DNA of 64,000 nt from an uncultured Eubacteriales bacterium (lineage in GTDB: Bacteria > Bacillota > Clostridia > Oscillospirales > QAKW01): contig CABULU010000003.1 in assembly GCA_902492505.1 (NCBI GenBank), positions 3,710 through 67,709 of the forward strand, given 5' to 3'. The translations under genes and the position numbers were made by a program. The notes under the pieces are model-generated. The model was not told the origin of the DNA. It searched no databases and saw only the letters and a program-made list of their open reading frames with translations. Shown in pieces: positions 1-9,315 of the stretch (position 1 is the stretch's first letter; each line of letters opens with the position of its first letter).

Positions 1-95
1 AGGTCGCAGGCGTATACACCGCCCACCTCACGGTCACCACCGCTATCGCAAACAAGTGTGAAACCCGCTGCTTTACAAAGCTCATTTACTTTCAT
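1..95 (-). CDS. DRTGG-like protein, N-terminal fragment only (gene runs off the left edge of the window)
   Basis: ATG at 95..93, 6 nt after the stop of the 102..1361 gene. My hand translation MKVNELCKAAGFTLVCDSGGDREVGGVYACDL follows the N-terminal pattern of the DRTGG protein at 1796..2152 (...DTQVYSACGSDMMSDVL). Only 32 codons are visible. Confidence 0.4.
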   Translation of the reverse strand, partial: MKVNELCKAAGFTLVCDSGGDREVGGVYACD

Positions 96-101
96 TTTTT
101 A

Positions 102-1361
102 TCAATCCGCGAGAATGTCCCGCAGCTCCTTTTTCATTATTATCATACAATCGGACATCTTGGACTTGCCCAAGGCCACGTCCTGAGCAAAGCAGGCGCA
201 GCTCGGCGAGCCGCATGCGGCACAGTCTATTCCGGGCAGTTTCTCTTCAATCTGCGCTATACGCATCATTATTTCCATTGCTTTTTTAGGGTCGTCGGCA
301 AGCTCGAGTGCAGGATTATACTCCACCTCTCCCTTTGACAAAAGCTGTTCTCTTGAAAGCTCCGGAAAATCAGAAAGTCTGCTGGCTGCAACCGGCTGAT
401 ACTTACGCAGATTTCTAACCTTTGTTTTGGCTATATACGGATTTTCAATATTAAGACAGCCGCCAACACAGCCCGAAAAGCAGGCATCCAGTTCTACAAA
501 GTCAATATCGCTTAACTTTTCGTTTTCTATCTCATCAAGGATTTTAATAGCATTTTCTATTCCGTCCGCCGCAAGATAGCGAGGCAGCAAAAGCGCCGTA
601 GCTTCACCGCCGGTATAAGACCATGAAATCCCTGTAATGCCGGAAATCTGCTCACTCTGCGGCTTATCAATTTCTTTCATTGCGGGCAGCAGAGCCATAT
701 AGACCTCGCTTGCGGACAAAACCCCGTCCACTACCTTTTCATCAACGGCAGGATGATGAAGTGCCGTCACCTTTGCAGGACAGGGGGATATAAAAAATAT
801 GCCTATTTTTTCTGACGGAAGTCCGGTTTCCCGCACGGCACGAACCCGCGCAAGCTTTGCCGCGACCTCGACAGGCGGCAAAACATTATGTAAATGCGGC
901 AACAGCTTGGGGAAACGCACCTTTACAAGCTTTACAATCGCAGGACACGCATTGGAGATGAGCGGACGCGGATAATCACCGTTTTTCATCATGTCGCGCG
1001 TCATTTCACTGACAAGCTCCGCCGCGCCGGCAACCTCAAAAACATCGTCAAACCCGATTTTTTTCAGTCCGTCCAGGACATAATCTATGCTTTCGAGATT
1101 ATTAAACTGTGCATAAAGCGAAGGTGCGGGCAGCGCAACGCAATATTCAAACCTGTCAAGCTCCGACATTTTATCATAAACCGCTTTTTTTGCATGATGA
1201 GGACAAATACGTATACATTCACCGCAGTCTATACATCTGTCCGAAATAATAAACGCCTTTCCGTTTTTAACGCGTATAGCCTCCGTCGGGCAGCGCTTGA
1301 CACAGTTGATACATCCCCGGCATTTATCGCTGTCAAGCGTAACGGAATGAAATTCAGACAT
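102..1361 (-). CDS. [FeFe]-hydrogenase-like Fe-S protein: 2x[4Fe-4S] ferredoxin domain, H-cluster-type domain with altered motifs, C-terminal Cys cluster; probably a sensor rather than an enzyme
   Basis: 419 aa. Ferredoxin motifs CRGCINCVKRCP and CIDCGECIRICP. Hydrogenase large-subunit-like motifs SNACPA (cf. TSCCP), SPCPAK (cf. MPCxxK) and ELDACFSGCVGGC (cf. ExMxCxxGCxxG). C-terminal CAACGSPSCAC...C cluster. Confidence 0.75.
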   Translation of the reverse strand: MSEFHSVTLDSDKCRGCINCVKRCPTEAIRVKNGKAFIISDRCIDCGECIRICPHHAKKAVYDKMSELDRFEYCVALPAPSLYAQFNNLESIDYVLDGLKKIGFDDVFEVAGAAELVSEMTRDMMKNGDYPRPLISNACPAIVKLVKVRFPKLLPHLHNVLPPVEVAAKLARVRAVRETGLPSEKIGIFFISPCPAKVTALHHPAVDEKVVDGVLSASEVYMALLPAMKEIDKPQSEQISGITGISWSYTGGEATALLLPRYLAADGIENAIKILDEIENEKLSDIDFVELDACFSGCVGGCLNIENPYIAKTKVRNLRKYQPVAASRLSDFPELSREQLLSKGEVEYNPALELADDPKKAMEIMMRIAQIEEKLPGIDCAACGSPSCACFAQDVALGKSKMSDCMIIMKKELRDILAD

Positions 1362-1373
1362 TATTTATCATCC

Positions 1374-1799
1374 TCACTGTAAATTGATTATAAGTGTGAC
1401 GGTGGTTCCCTTGCCCACCTCTGTATCTATATACATCTCATCCGAATACTTTTTGATGTTGGGCAGACCCATTCCCGCGCCGAAGCCCAGACTCCGCACG
1501 GCGTCCGGAGCTGTTGAATAGCCCTCGCGCATGGCAAGATCAACGTCGGGAATCCCCTTGCCGTGATCAATGAGCCGAATTGTTATTTTATCGCTTTCAA
1601 GGGACACATCCGCAACTCCGCCTCCGGCATGGATAACCATATTTATTTCGGCCTCGTACATAGCAATGGCAACCTTGCGCACGATATCCGGCGCAATACC
1701 CAGCTTTTTCAGCTTCATTTTGACGGCTGTGGACGCCTCACCTGCTGTCGTGAAGTCGCTGCCGTCAACAATATAGTGCATATGAAGAGCGTCGCTCAC
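1374..1799 (-). CDS. SpoIIAB-like small GHKL ATPase (anti-sigma-factor-kinase type, HATPase_c)
   Basis: 141 aa. EAEINMVIHAGGG, DHGKGIPD, GFGAGMGLPN and GKGTTVTL resemble the N/G1/G2 boxes of GHKL ATPases. 4-nt overlap with the upstream DRTGG gene. Confidence 0.7.
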   Translation of the reverse strand: MSDALHMHYIVDGSDFTTAGEASTAVKMKLKKLGIAPDIVRKVAIAMYEAEINMVIHAGGGVADVSLESDKITIRLIDHGKGIPDVDLAMREGYSTAPDAVRSLGFGAGMGLPNIKKYSDEMYIDTEVGKGTTVTLIINLQ

Positions 1800-2152
1800 A
1801 CCTTATCGCTCCCGTCCGTATAAAGCCCCGCAGTGTACAGCAGGCCGCAGGCGGTATACATTCTGTAATCGGTAGTAAGCAAAACAATGCCGCTTTCCTC
1901 GGCAAGCGATATCACGGCGGCATCCGGCTTTTTACCGCGGACAAACACAATTCCCTTCATATCCATCATCACGGCAGTGCGCACGGTCTGAGGATTGACA
2001 AGTCCTGTTAAAAGTATTCCGTGATCCTTGACAAACGCAAGAACATCGCTCATCATATCCGAGCCGCAGGCGGAATACACCTGAGTATCGGCAAGCTCTT
2101 TGCAGCAAAGAGTGTCTGCATCGAGAATCTGACAAATCTGACTGATTTTCAT
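1796..2152 (-). CDS. DRTGG domain protein
   Basis: 118 aa. SDVLAF...GILLTGLVNPQTVRTA...GIVFVRG is the pattern I associate with stand-alone DRTGG proteins. First gene of the minus-strand operon. Confidence 0.6.
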   Translation of the reverse strand: MKISQICQILDADTLCCKELADTQVYSACGSDMMSDVLAFVKDHGILLTGLVNPQTVRTAVMMDMKGIVFVRGKKPDAAVISLAEESGIVLLTTDYRMYTACGLLYTAGLYTDGSDKV

Positions 2153-2280
2153 TTTAGGTTCTCCATAAATATTAATTAAAGGTTTTCATATCCTTTACTA
2201 AAATAATAACATATATCGCACAAATATGCAATTAAATTTAAGTTGTTTTTAGTAAAAAATGCACATTAAATTTTTTTGTG

Positions 2281-2309
2281 TTGCAATAAGCGTTAAGATA
2301 AAATATAAT
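2281..2309 (+). promoter_or_regulatory. sigma-A-type promoter for serA
   Basis: TTGCAA (2281..2286), 17-nt spacer, TATAAT (2304..2309), 36 nt upstream of the serA ATG. Confidence 0.6.
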
Positions 2310-2345
2310 TATAACAATATATGCTTGTAGAAAAGAGGCTGTAAC

Positions 2346-3500
2346 ATGAACATTTTAACACTAAACAAAATTTCGCCTGTCGGCACTAAAGAGTTCGGCA
2401 GCGGCTACAACGTCAGCGACAGCTGTGACGCGCCTGACGCAATAATGGTCAGAAGCGCATCCATGCACGAAATGGAAATGCCGGAAAGTCTGCTTGCCAT
2501 CGCAAGAGCGGGCGCCGGCGTCAATAATATCCCCGTATCGGCATGCGCCGAAAAAGGAATTGTTGTATTTAACACCCCCGGTGCAAACGCTAACGCGGTC
2601 AAGGAGCTTGCAATCGCATCGCTTCTCCTTGCCTCCAGGGATATTATCGGCGGTATCGCATGGGCAAAGACCCTTTCCGGCGACGATGTTGCAAAGCAGG
2701 TTGAAAAGGGAAAGAGCAATTTTGCAGGTCATGAGATTTCGGGCAAAACACTCGGCGTTGTCGGTCTCGGCGCAATCGGCGTCAATGTTGCAAACGCCGC
2801 CTATGCACTGGGAATGAAAGTGCTGGGCTACGATCCATACATATCACTTAAATCCGCATGGAATCTTTCCAGCCACATTTCAAAGGCGGCAACACTGGAT
2901 GAGATATACGAAAATTGTGACATCATCTGTATTCATGCTCCGCTCACCGACGAAACAAAGTATTTTGTAAACGCGGAAAGTATCTCCAAAATGAAAGACG
3001 GAGTCGTCGTCATCAACCTTTCGCGCGCCGACCTTGTAAACGATGCTGATATTGCAAAGGCACTTGAAGACGGAAAAGCGGCAAAGTACATAACAGATTT
3101 CCCGAATGCAAATACAATTAAAATGAAAAACTGCATCAGCATACCGCATCTGGGCGCATCGACAGAGGAGAGCGAAGACAACTGCGCGTACATGGCAGCA
3201 CACGAGCTTATTGACTATCTTGAAAACGGAAATATAGTCAATTCAGTTAATTTTCCGAATGTAGAGATGCCAAAGGCAAGCGCTGTGAGAATATGCGTTT
3301 TCCATCAAAACGTTCCCGCAGTCCTGTCAAAAATTTCTTCAGTTATTTCATCGCAGAATATAAACATTGCCAACATGATAAATAAATCAAAGGGTGATTT
3401 TGCATACACAATGATTGACTGTGACGAGAATATCACAGACGAAACGGTTTCGCTTTTGAAAAACATTGAAGGCGTTGTCCGCATTCGTGTGATAAAATAA
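2346..3500 (+). CDS. serA: D-3-phosphoglycerate dehydrogenase
   Basis: 384 aa. NAD-binding GVVGLGAIG, D-2-hydroxyacid dehydrogenase core (HAPLT, PHLGASTEE), C-terminal ACT-like domain. AAGAGG 7 nt upstream. Confidence 0.9.
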   Translation: MNILTLNKISPVGTKEFGSGYNVSDSCDAPDAIMVRSASMHEMEMPESLLAIARAGAGVNNIPVSACAEKGIVVFNTPGANANAVKELAIASLLLASRDIIGGIAWAKTLSGDDVAKQVEKGKSNFAGHEISGKTLGVVGLGAIGVNVANAAYALGMKVLGYDPYISLKSAWNLSSHISKAATLDEIYENCDIICIHAPLTDETKYFVNAESISKMKDGVVVINLSRADLVNDADIAKALEDGKAAKYITDFPNANTIKMKNCISIPHLGASTEESEDNCAYMAAHELIDYLENGNIVNSVNFPNVEMPKASAVRICVFHQNVPAVLSKISSVISSQNINIANMINKSKGDFAYTMIDCDENITDETVSLLKNIEGVVRIRVIK

Positions 3501-3519
3501 ATTAAAAAGGAGAAATAAA

Positions 3520-3909
3520 ATGAAGAAAACCAAAATTTTATTGCCGGCGCTGGTGTTAGTACTCATGCTTACCATGCTTTGCGGCTGTGCAAAGGATGAA
3601 GCATTGAACGGTGATAAAATAGCCTTTACTCTGACTGTTGTTCATGCGGACAAATCTCAAAAAGAGTTTGAAATTACAACAACCGAGACCAATCTGCGGC
3701 GTGCACTTGAGGAGGAAAACCTTATTTCAGGTCAGGAGTCGGAATACGGGCTGTTTGTCACCACAGTTGACGGCGAAACAGCTGATTACAGCAAGGATGA
3801 AGGATGGTGGAGTCTCACAAAAAACGGCGAGCCAACATCTACGGGAGTAGACAGCTGCACTGTTGCCGACGGTGACGAATACGGTTTTACTTATACTATC
3901 GGTTACTGA
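3520..3909 (+). CDS. DUF4430-family lipoprotein
   Basis: 129 aa. Signal peptide with lipobox LCGC. C-terminal GWWSLTKNGEP...DGDEYGFTY pattern typical of DUF4430. GGAG RBS. Confidence 0.7.
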   Translation: MKKTKILLPALVLVLMLTMLCGCAKDEALNGDKIAFTLTVVHADKSQKEFEITTTETNLRRALEEENLISGQESEYGLFVTTVDGETADYSKDEGWWSLTKNGEPTSTGVDSCTVADGDEYGFTYTIGY

Positions 3910-3917
3910 TAAATAAA

Positions 3918-3951
3918 CAAAAAAGCGGAGATTTTTAATCTCCGTTTTTTA
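3918..3951. terminator. bidirectional rho-independent terminator (DUF4430 gene / ackA)
   Basis: CGGAGATT (3926..3933) pairs with AATCTCCG (3937..3944), 3-nt loop. A-run upstream and T6 downstream. Lies between convergent genes. Confidence 0.85.
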
Positions 3952-3954
3952 TTT

Positions 3955-5184
3955 TCACAGCCTGATTTTACCCGCTTTAGCGACAATTTCTACCGTATCG
4001 CGGGCGATTACCAATTCTTCGTTTGTGGGAATTATAAATGCCGCAACTTTTGAATCATCTGTTGTTATTTTTGTGTTTTCCTTACAGTGCTCGACACTGT
4101 TTGCCTCGACATCAAGCTTTAATCCCAGATATGTAAGGTTTTCAAGCACGCGGCGGCGCAGCAACGGGTCGTTTTCCCCTATTCCCGCAGTAAATACAAT
4201 AGCGTCAACTCCGTTCATTGCGGCGGCATATGAACCGATGTATTTGATTATCTGATAATGCTGCATCTCAATCGCAAGCATAGAGCGCTCTATACCGGCA
4301 GCCGCTTCTTCATTTACCGTGCGACTGTCGTTTGATGTGCCGGAAATTCCCAATAGCCCCGATTCTTTATTACACATTACATCTATATCATGAGCGGACA
4401 TATTTTCCTTTTCAGCAATATATGTCAGCACCGAAGGGTCCATACTCCCGCAGCGTGTACCCATCAAAAATCCGTCTACCGGAGTAAGCCCCATCGACGT
4501 ATCTACACATTTTCCGCCTTCAACTGCAGAAATAGACGCGCCGTTTCCTATATGGCATGTAATAATTTTAAGCTCGCTGATATCGCGTCCCATAAGATGC
4601 GCGCATTCACCAGAAACATATCTGTGCGACGTGCCGTGCGCACCGTAACGGCGAATATGGTATTTTTCATAATATTTATACGGCAGCGCAAACATGTAAG
4701 CTTTGGGCGGCATTGTCTGATGAAAAGACGTGTCAAAAACCGCAACCTGCGGCACCCGCGTACCCAGCACTTCGATACACGCGCGTATGCCGGTGACATG
4801 AGCCTTGTTATGAAGCGGTGCCAGAACCGCCAGCTCGCTTATCTTATTTATAACATCCTCATCAATAAGAACGGACTGAGAAAAAACGTCTCCGCCCTGA
4901 ACAACTCTGTGACCTACGGCGTTTATTTCATCCAGTGAATTCACAACACGGTCCGAGCCGTAAACCAGCGCATCAATAACCATTTTGAACGCGGCCTTAT
5001 GGTCGGGAATTGCTATTTCCTTTTTAAATACCTGGCGTTCCTGTTCGCCCACCTTATAGCCGAAAATCCCCGTTTCCTCACCGATTCTTTCACAGTTACC
5101 CTTAGCGATTAGCTGCTCGCCGTCCATATCTATAAGCTGAAACTTAAGCGAGGAGCTGCCCGCATTGATGACAAGTACCTTCAT
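3955..5184 (-). CDS. ackA: acetate kinase
   Basis: MKVLVINAGSSSLKFQL N-terminus with acetate/propionate kinase signatures throughout. Start moved from the ORF-track 5211 to ATG 5184, which is preceded by GGAGGAAAAAATG. Confidence 0.95.
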   Translation of the reverse strand: MKVLVINAGSSSLKFQLIDMDGEQLIAKGNCERIGEETGIFGYKVGEQERQVFKKEIAIPDHKAAFKMVIDALVYGSDRVVNSLDEINAVGHRVVQGGDVFSQSVLIDEDVINKISELAVLAPLHNKAHVTGIRACIEVLGTRVPQVAVFDTSFHQTMPPKAYMFALPYKYYEKYHIRRYGAHGTSHRYVSGECAHLMGRDISELKIITCHIGNGASISAVEGGKCVDTSMGLTPVDGFLMGTRCGSMDPSVLTYIAEKENMSAHDIDVMCNKESGLLGISGTSNDSRTVNEEAAAGIERSMLAIEMQHYQIIKYIGSYAAAMNGVDAIVFTAGIGENDPLLRRRVLENLTYLGLKLDVEANSVEHCKENTKITTDDSKVAAFIIPTNEELVIARDTVEIVAKAGKIRL

Positions 5185-5250
5185 TTTTTCCTCCGTATTT
5201 TTAAAATCCATGTCAATATGCGCATTCAGCGCAATTAAACGGTTTATTAT

Positions 5251-5279
5251 ATTATAGTGGAATAAATTTTATAATTCAA
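5251..5279 (-). promoter_or_regulatory. sigma-A-type promoter for ackA
   Basis: Minus strand reads TTGAAT (5279..5274), 17 nt, TATAAT (5256..5251). Confidence 0.55.
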
Positions 5280-5285
5280 CAGTTT

Positions 5286-8186
5286 TCACTTAAAATAGTC
5301 ATTTAATGACAGAACAATATTATCGCAAAGCTTTTGCTTATACTCATCTGTCATAAGCATTTCGTATTCCGACGGATTGCAGACAAACCCGCATTCGATA
5401 AGTATGCACGGGTAGCGGTAATCCCGGCATACGTTAAGACTCTGTGCCTTAAAGCCGTTATTTTTCATATCAAGACCGTCTGTTATCCTGTCGGACACCG
5501 CCTTGGAAAGAGACAGCGCCGTCTCCCTTGAATACAGCACTACAATGCCGCTTGCTTTATTAAAATCCGAACCGCGGGAAACTGAATTATGATGCACAGA
5601 GATACTGATATCGGGTTTATACGAACGAATAAGTCCCGCACGCTGAGCAAGCGGCAGCGTGCTTGCATCCTCACGTGTAAGAATTACGTTCGCCCCTGCG
5701 TCTTTAAGTTTTTGCGCAAGTATGTACGACACGCTGAGGTTCAAGTCATCCTCGCATATTCCGTCAGAACCGGCAGGTCCTGCCGCACCTCTGTCCTCAC
5801 CTCCGTGCCCCGGGTCTATCGCTATCGTTTTTCCCGACAGCCCGCCTCCGCGGTTTGTATACAACCATACAGACAATGTTTTTTCATCAGTCTTGCGGAC
5901 AAAAAAACCTTCCGCACTGCCGCTTTCAACCGTGAATACCGCGTCTGCCGCACTGCCTTTGCGAATAAGCTTTGCACTGACACGCGCACTCTGCGGCACG
6001 ATTTCAGGCTCTCCGCTTATTCCGTAAAGCCCGACTATAAGCGCGCCGCCATCTGTAACGCGGCTTTGAAATTCCGGCACCGACTCAGCAAACACAAGAT
6101 CTACTCTTGTGTATTTACTTTCATCAATATCAAGCGGCGCAGCTTCAGGCGCGGTGTCAGCAACATTATCCTTGTTCACCCATTTGCCGCTCATCAGGCG
6201 GTAAAGTCCGTTCACAAGCGCGGTTGCGCTCACCTCAGCCCCCGCCGGAAGCTGATAATTATCCATCATCGAGCCGTCGCCCGTATCATTGTAAACATAA
6301 CACTCATTCTGTGTATAAAGCTTCATCGGCGCGCTTATTATTTCAGTTCTGCCTGCATTTCCGTAGCTCACATTACCTTTGTCGGTTTTAGCGTAGAATT
6401 CGGTTACACCGCCGTCGGCGCTTCCCGCTATTATATTGGGTACGCTGACTTTTGCGCTGTAACAAACAAATCCGCCCGATGGTTCACCCGACGGGGAAAG
6501 CTTAACCTCCCTGCCCAAAAATCGAGCATAAACATCCGCATTTTGGGCAGCATAAACCGACAGTTGTGCACACTCGCCCGCATAATAAATACTGTCGCCT
6601 TCCGGACAGACGCTGCCCTTCAGAAATATACCGTTTACAACCTCACGTGTATCTTCGGCGGTAACGCGGATGCAGGTTATGCTCTCAGTGTCATCGCCGT
6701 TTTTAAAAGTAAATTTATTTTCCCCTTGTTCAAGCGCAAGATATGCACAAAAATATCCGTGTTCCGTAACCGAAACAGTATTGCCGTTTACCGTAAGAGG
6801 ATTTTGCGGGTTAGCAACACCCGTCACGGAAACATTTGCATCCGTTGTGCGGTATCCGTCCGCCGGCGCCGTAATTTTAAGGCTTTCAGCGGCAGCATGT
6901 GCAGTACCGACATATTTCTGCGCTTTCTGCTCGAATTTTATATCTGATACACCGCTTGATTCAGACAATATTTCGTTTTTTTCGATTACCGGGCTCTGAT
7001 AAGACTTTATCATATCCAGGCATCCCAATACATTTGCCTTTAAAGTACCGTACCTGAAAAACACGCTTCCGCTGACGCCTTTTTGTGCGCACAGGTCAAG
7101 CTGACGAGTAATCTGAGATACATCCTCAAAGCCTTTTTCGCCGGTTCCAAGCTTATACAGCGCGTGCCCGACATACAAACTGACTCCGGCTGACTCACAA
7201 AGGCTGCTCCACCATTCAACAAGATTATCAAAAGGCGCCGCCTCCGTCTCAAACGCCCAATAAAGCTGAGGGCATATGTAGTCAACCCATCCGTTTTGCA
7301 CCCAAGCCCTGGAGTCAGCAAAAATCTCACTGTAAGAGGACATTCCGCGGGTATCGGAACCATCCGGGTTGTCGCGCTTATTATCCCAAATTCCAAATGG
7401 ACTGACGCCGAAGCTTACATTCGGATTAATTTTATGTATTGCCTCAAAGGTTCCTTTAATTAACATATTGACATTATTACGTCTGAAATCGGCAATATCT
7501 GAAAATCCCTCGCCGTATTGCGCATACTGCTCCGCGTCTGGATAATCGGTCACACCATAGGGATAAAAATAATCGTCAAAATGAATTCCGTCCACATCAT
7601 AACCGCGGACAATTTCCTCAACACCTGATATTATAAGATCACGGACCTCCGGTACAGCCGGATTGAAATAAACGCCACCGTCAGAACAGATCACATAATA
7701 ATCGGGATGCTGTTTTGCGGGACTGAATTCAGAAAGCGCGGATATAACCGCCTCGGCTCCGTCATCACCCTTACCGACACGGTACGGATTTACCCACGCA
7801 TGAACCTCTATATTCTCTGCATGGGCTTTTTTTATAAGATATTCAAGAGGATCAAAGCCGCCGTCCGGCGCTTTTCCCTGCGTGCCTGACAACACCTCGC
7901 TCCACGGAAATATGTCAGACTTATACAGTGCGTCAGCGCAGGGACGCACCTGAAAAAAAACGGCGTTTATTCCCGCGCTTTTACAGGTTGCTATGACATC
8001 GTCAAGCTCTTTTTTCAGCTGCTCACTCGAAAGACCGGGCTTTGACGGAAAGTCAAGATTTTTCACAGAGGACAGCCACACGCCGCGCAGGTATTTTTCT
8101 TCTTCCGTTACCGCACCGGAAACAGACATAAAAGACAGCATATTCACAATCACCGCCGTTATTATGATTAAGGATAGCTTTTTCAT
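5286..8186 (-). CDS. secreted fusion protein: N-terminal glycosyl-hydrolase-like 10 (GHL10/YngK-type) domain, central beta-rich region, C-terminal N-acetylmuramoyl-L-alanine amidase (Amidase_3)
   Basis: N-terminal signal peptide MKKLSLIIITAVIVNMLSFMSVSGA. GVWLSSVKNLDFPS...NAVFFQVRP...HAWVNPY resembles GHL10. C-terminus IAIDPGHGGEDRGA...SVHHNS...ECGFVCNP resembles CwlC/LytC-type amidase. Start set to ATG 8186 (GAAGGGA upstream); the ORF-track start at 8201 is a TTG. Confidence 0.75.
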   Translation of the reverse strand: MKKLSLIIITAVIVNMLSFMSVSGAVTEEEKYLRGVWLSSVKNLDFPSKPGLSSEQLKKELDDVIATCKSAGINAVFFQVRPCADALYKSDIFPWSEVLSGTQGKAPDGGFDPLEYLIKKAHAENIEVHAWVNPYRVGKGDDGAEAVISALSEFSPAKQHPDYYVICSDGGVYFNPAVPEVRDLIISGVEEIVRGYDVDGIHFDDYFYPYGVTDYPDAEQYAQYGEGFSDIADFRRNNVNMLIKGTFEAIHKINPNVSFGVSPFGIWDNKRDNPDGSDTRGMSSYSEIFADSRAWVQNGWVDYICPQLYWAFETEAAPFDNLVEWWSSLCESAGVSLYVGHALYKLGTGEKGFEDVSQITRQLDLCAQKGVSGSVFFRYGTLKANVLGCLDMIKSYQSPVIEKNEILSESSGVSDIKFEQKAQKYVGTAHAAAESLKITAPADGYRTTDANVSVTGVANPQNPLTVNGNTVSVTEHGYFCAYLALEQGENKFTFKNGDDTESITCIRVTAEDTREVVNGIFLKGSVCPEGDSIYYAGECAQLSVYAAQNADVYARFLGREVKLSPSGEPSGGFVCYSAKVSVPNIIAGSADGGVTEFYAKTDKGNVSYGNAGRTEIISAPMKLYTQNECYVYNDTGDGSMMDNYQLPAGAEVSATALVNGLYRLMSGKWVNKDNVADTAPEAAPLDIDESKYTRVDLVFAESVPEFQSRVTDGGALIVGLYGISGEPEIVPQSARVSAKLIRKGSAADAVFTVESGSAEGFFVRKTDEKTLSVWLYTNRGGGLSGKTIAIDPGHGGEDRGAAGPAGSDGICEDDLNLSVSYILAQKLKDAGANVILTREDASTLPLAQRAGLIRSYKPDISISVHHNSVSRGSDFNKASGIVVLYSRETALSLSKAVSDRITDGLDMKNNGFKAQSLNVCRDYRYPCILIECGFVCNPSEYEMLMTDEYKQKLCDNIVLSLNDYFK

Positions 8187-8240
8187 GAAATTTCCCTTCA
8201 AAAAACGAGCGCAAAGGCGCCCGTATCAGCTAATCATTTT

Positions 8241-8693
8241 TTACATCAGATCAAGCTTGGCAGCCTTTTCTTCATAATTGAGCAGGTTATATTTTTCCTT
8301 TACCTGCTCCTTTTGAGATGGATTTGCATAAACAAATGCCACAGTATCGTAAACTATGTAATCATCCAAAAAAATAAGTCTGTGTTCTTTTACTCCATTG
8401 AGTATGATAACATATTCAACACGCTCGACAGGCACCTCGATTGCATTCTGCTTTTCAAGCTTTAAGGACTGAGCCCAATTTATCAGTGTGTCCAAATCCT
8501 CACGCTCAGTCACCGTTTTGGAGACATATTCGCGGTAATCCGGCTCATCCTCCTTATAGCAGGTTTTTTTAAACTCTATAGACGTGACACTTTCTTTTTT
8601 AATGTCCAACATCGGCCGAGTCTTTTTCGCACATCCGAAAAGCATAACGGCGCAAAGTAAAACAAACACCGCCATAAAAAATGATTTTTTCAT
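8241..8693 (-). CDS. hypothetical lipoprotein
   Basis: 150 aa. Signal peptide plus lipobox LFGC. No family recognised. Start abuts the stop of the upstream lipoprotein gene. Confidence 0.55.
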   Translation of the reverse strand: MKKSFFMAVFVLLCAVMLFGCAKKTRPMLDIKKESVTSIEFKKTCYKEDEPDYREYVSKTVTEREDLDTLINWAQSLKLEKQNAIEVPVERVEYVIILNGVKEHRLIFLDDYIVYDTVAFVYANPSQKEQVKEKYNLLNYEEKAAKLDLM

Positions 8694-9305
8694 TTACAGT
8701 TCCTCCACCGATTTATTTATAACCTCTCCTGACATAACGTCCACAACACTGTGATAAACGCAGCTGTTAACAAGCGAGATATGGTCTATTTCGTAAAGTG
8801 GCATACCGTTTTTATAGCAAAGAGTCAGTTCAACATAATTATACACAAATCCGCTGCCCTGATGCGCAAGCGCTGCATTTTTGACGGCAGTATCTGAATC
8901 CGCCTCAAAAGTATCCGGTTCAAGCGGCATTGCGTGGCTTATAAGCTCATACGGCATTGCACCGTAATCCGCATAATCGGGCGCAGAACACTTTTCAATA
9001 CGTCCAGTGCGGTTATTAACCTCTACAATAAGTATATCGGAATATTTCATATCATCAGGACGCTTATCGGTATACACATAAGTGTAGTTGCCGACATTTT
9101 CGCTGTTTACAAGCAGCTTTGCACCGTAAAGCAAATATCCCTCCTTGCCGCGTTCAGCAAGATTTTCCTTCAGCGCGTCATATACACTTATAATCGTATT
9201 ATCTGTCTTGCCGATATTATTTTTGCCGCCCGACAGTATATCACAGCCGGTAAGACAGACGGAAATCATCAGTATTGCCATTGCCGCCGATATAATTCTT
9301 TTCAC
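8694..9305 (-). CDS. hypothetical lipoprotein
   Basis: 203 aa. Signal peptide plus lipobox LTGC. No family recognised. Confidence 0.55.
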   Translation of the reverse strand: MKRIISAAMAILMISVCLTGCDILSGGKNNIGKTDNTIISVYDALKENLAERGKEGYLLYGAKLLVNSENVGNYTYVYTDKRPDDMKYSDILIVEVNNRTGRIEKCSAPDYADYGAMPYELISHAMPLEPDTFEADSDTAVKNAALAHQGSGFVYNYVELTLCYKNGMPLYEIDHISLVNSCVYHSVVDVMSGEVINKSVEEL

Positions 9306-9315
9306 GTTTTTTTCC

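Noticed and set aside
5589-6947. 452-aa plus-strand ORF (and neighbours 5659..6027, 6107..6391, 6670..6999)
   Set aside because: These ORFs are antisense to the GHL10/amidase gene, whose frame has clear domain motifs. Their translations are Arg/Cys/Phe/Ile-rich and low in complexity, and they have no RBS. This is the typical shadow ORF of a long gene.
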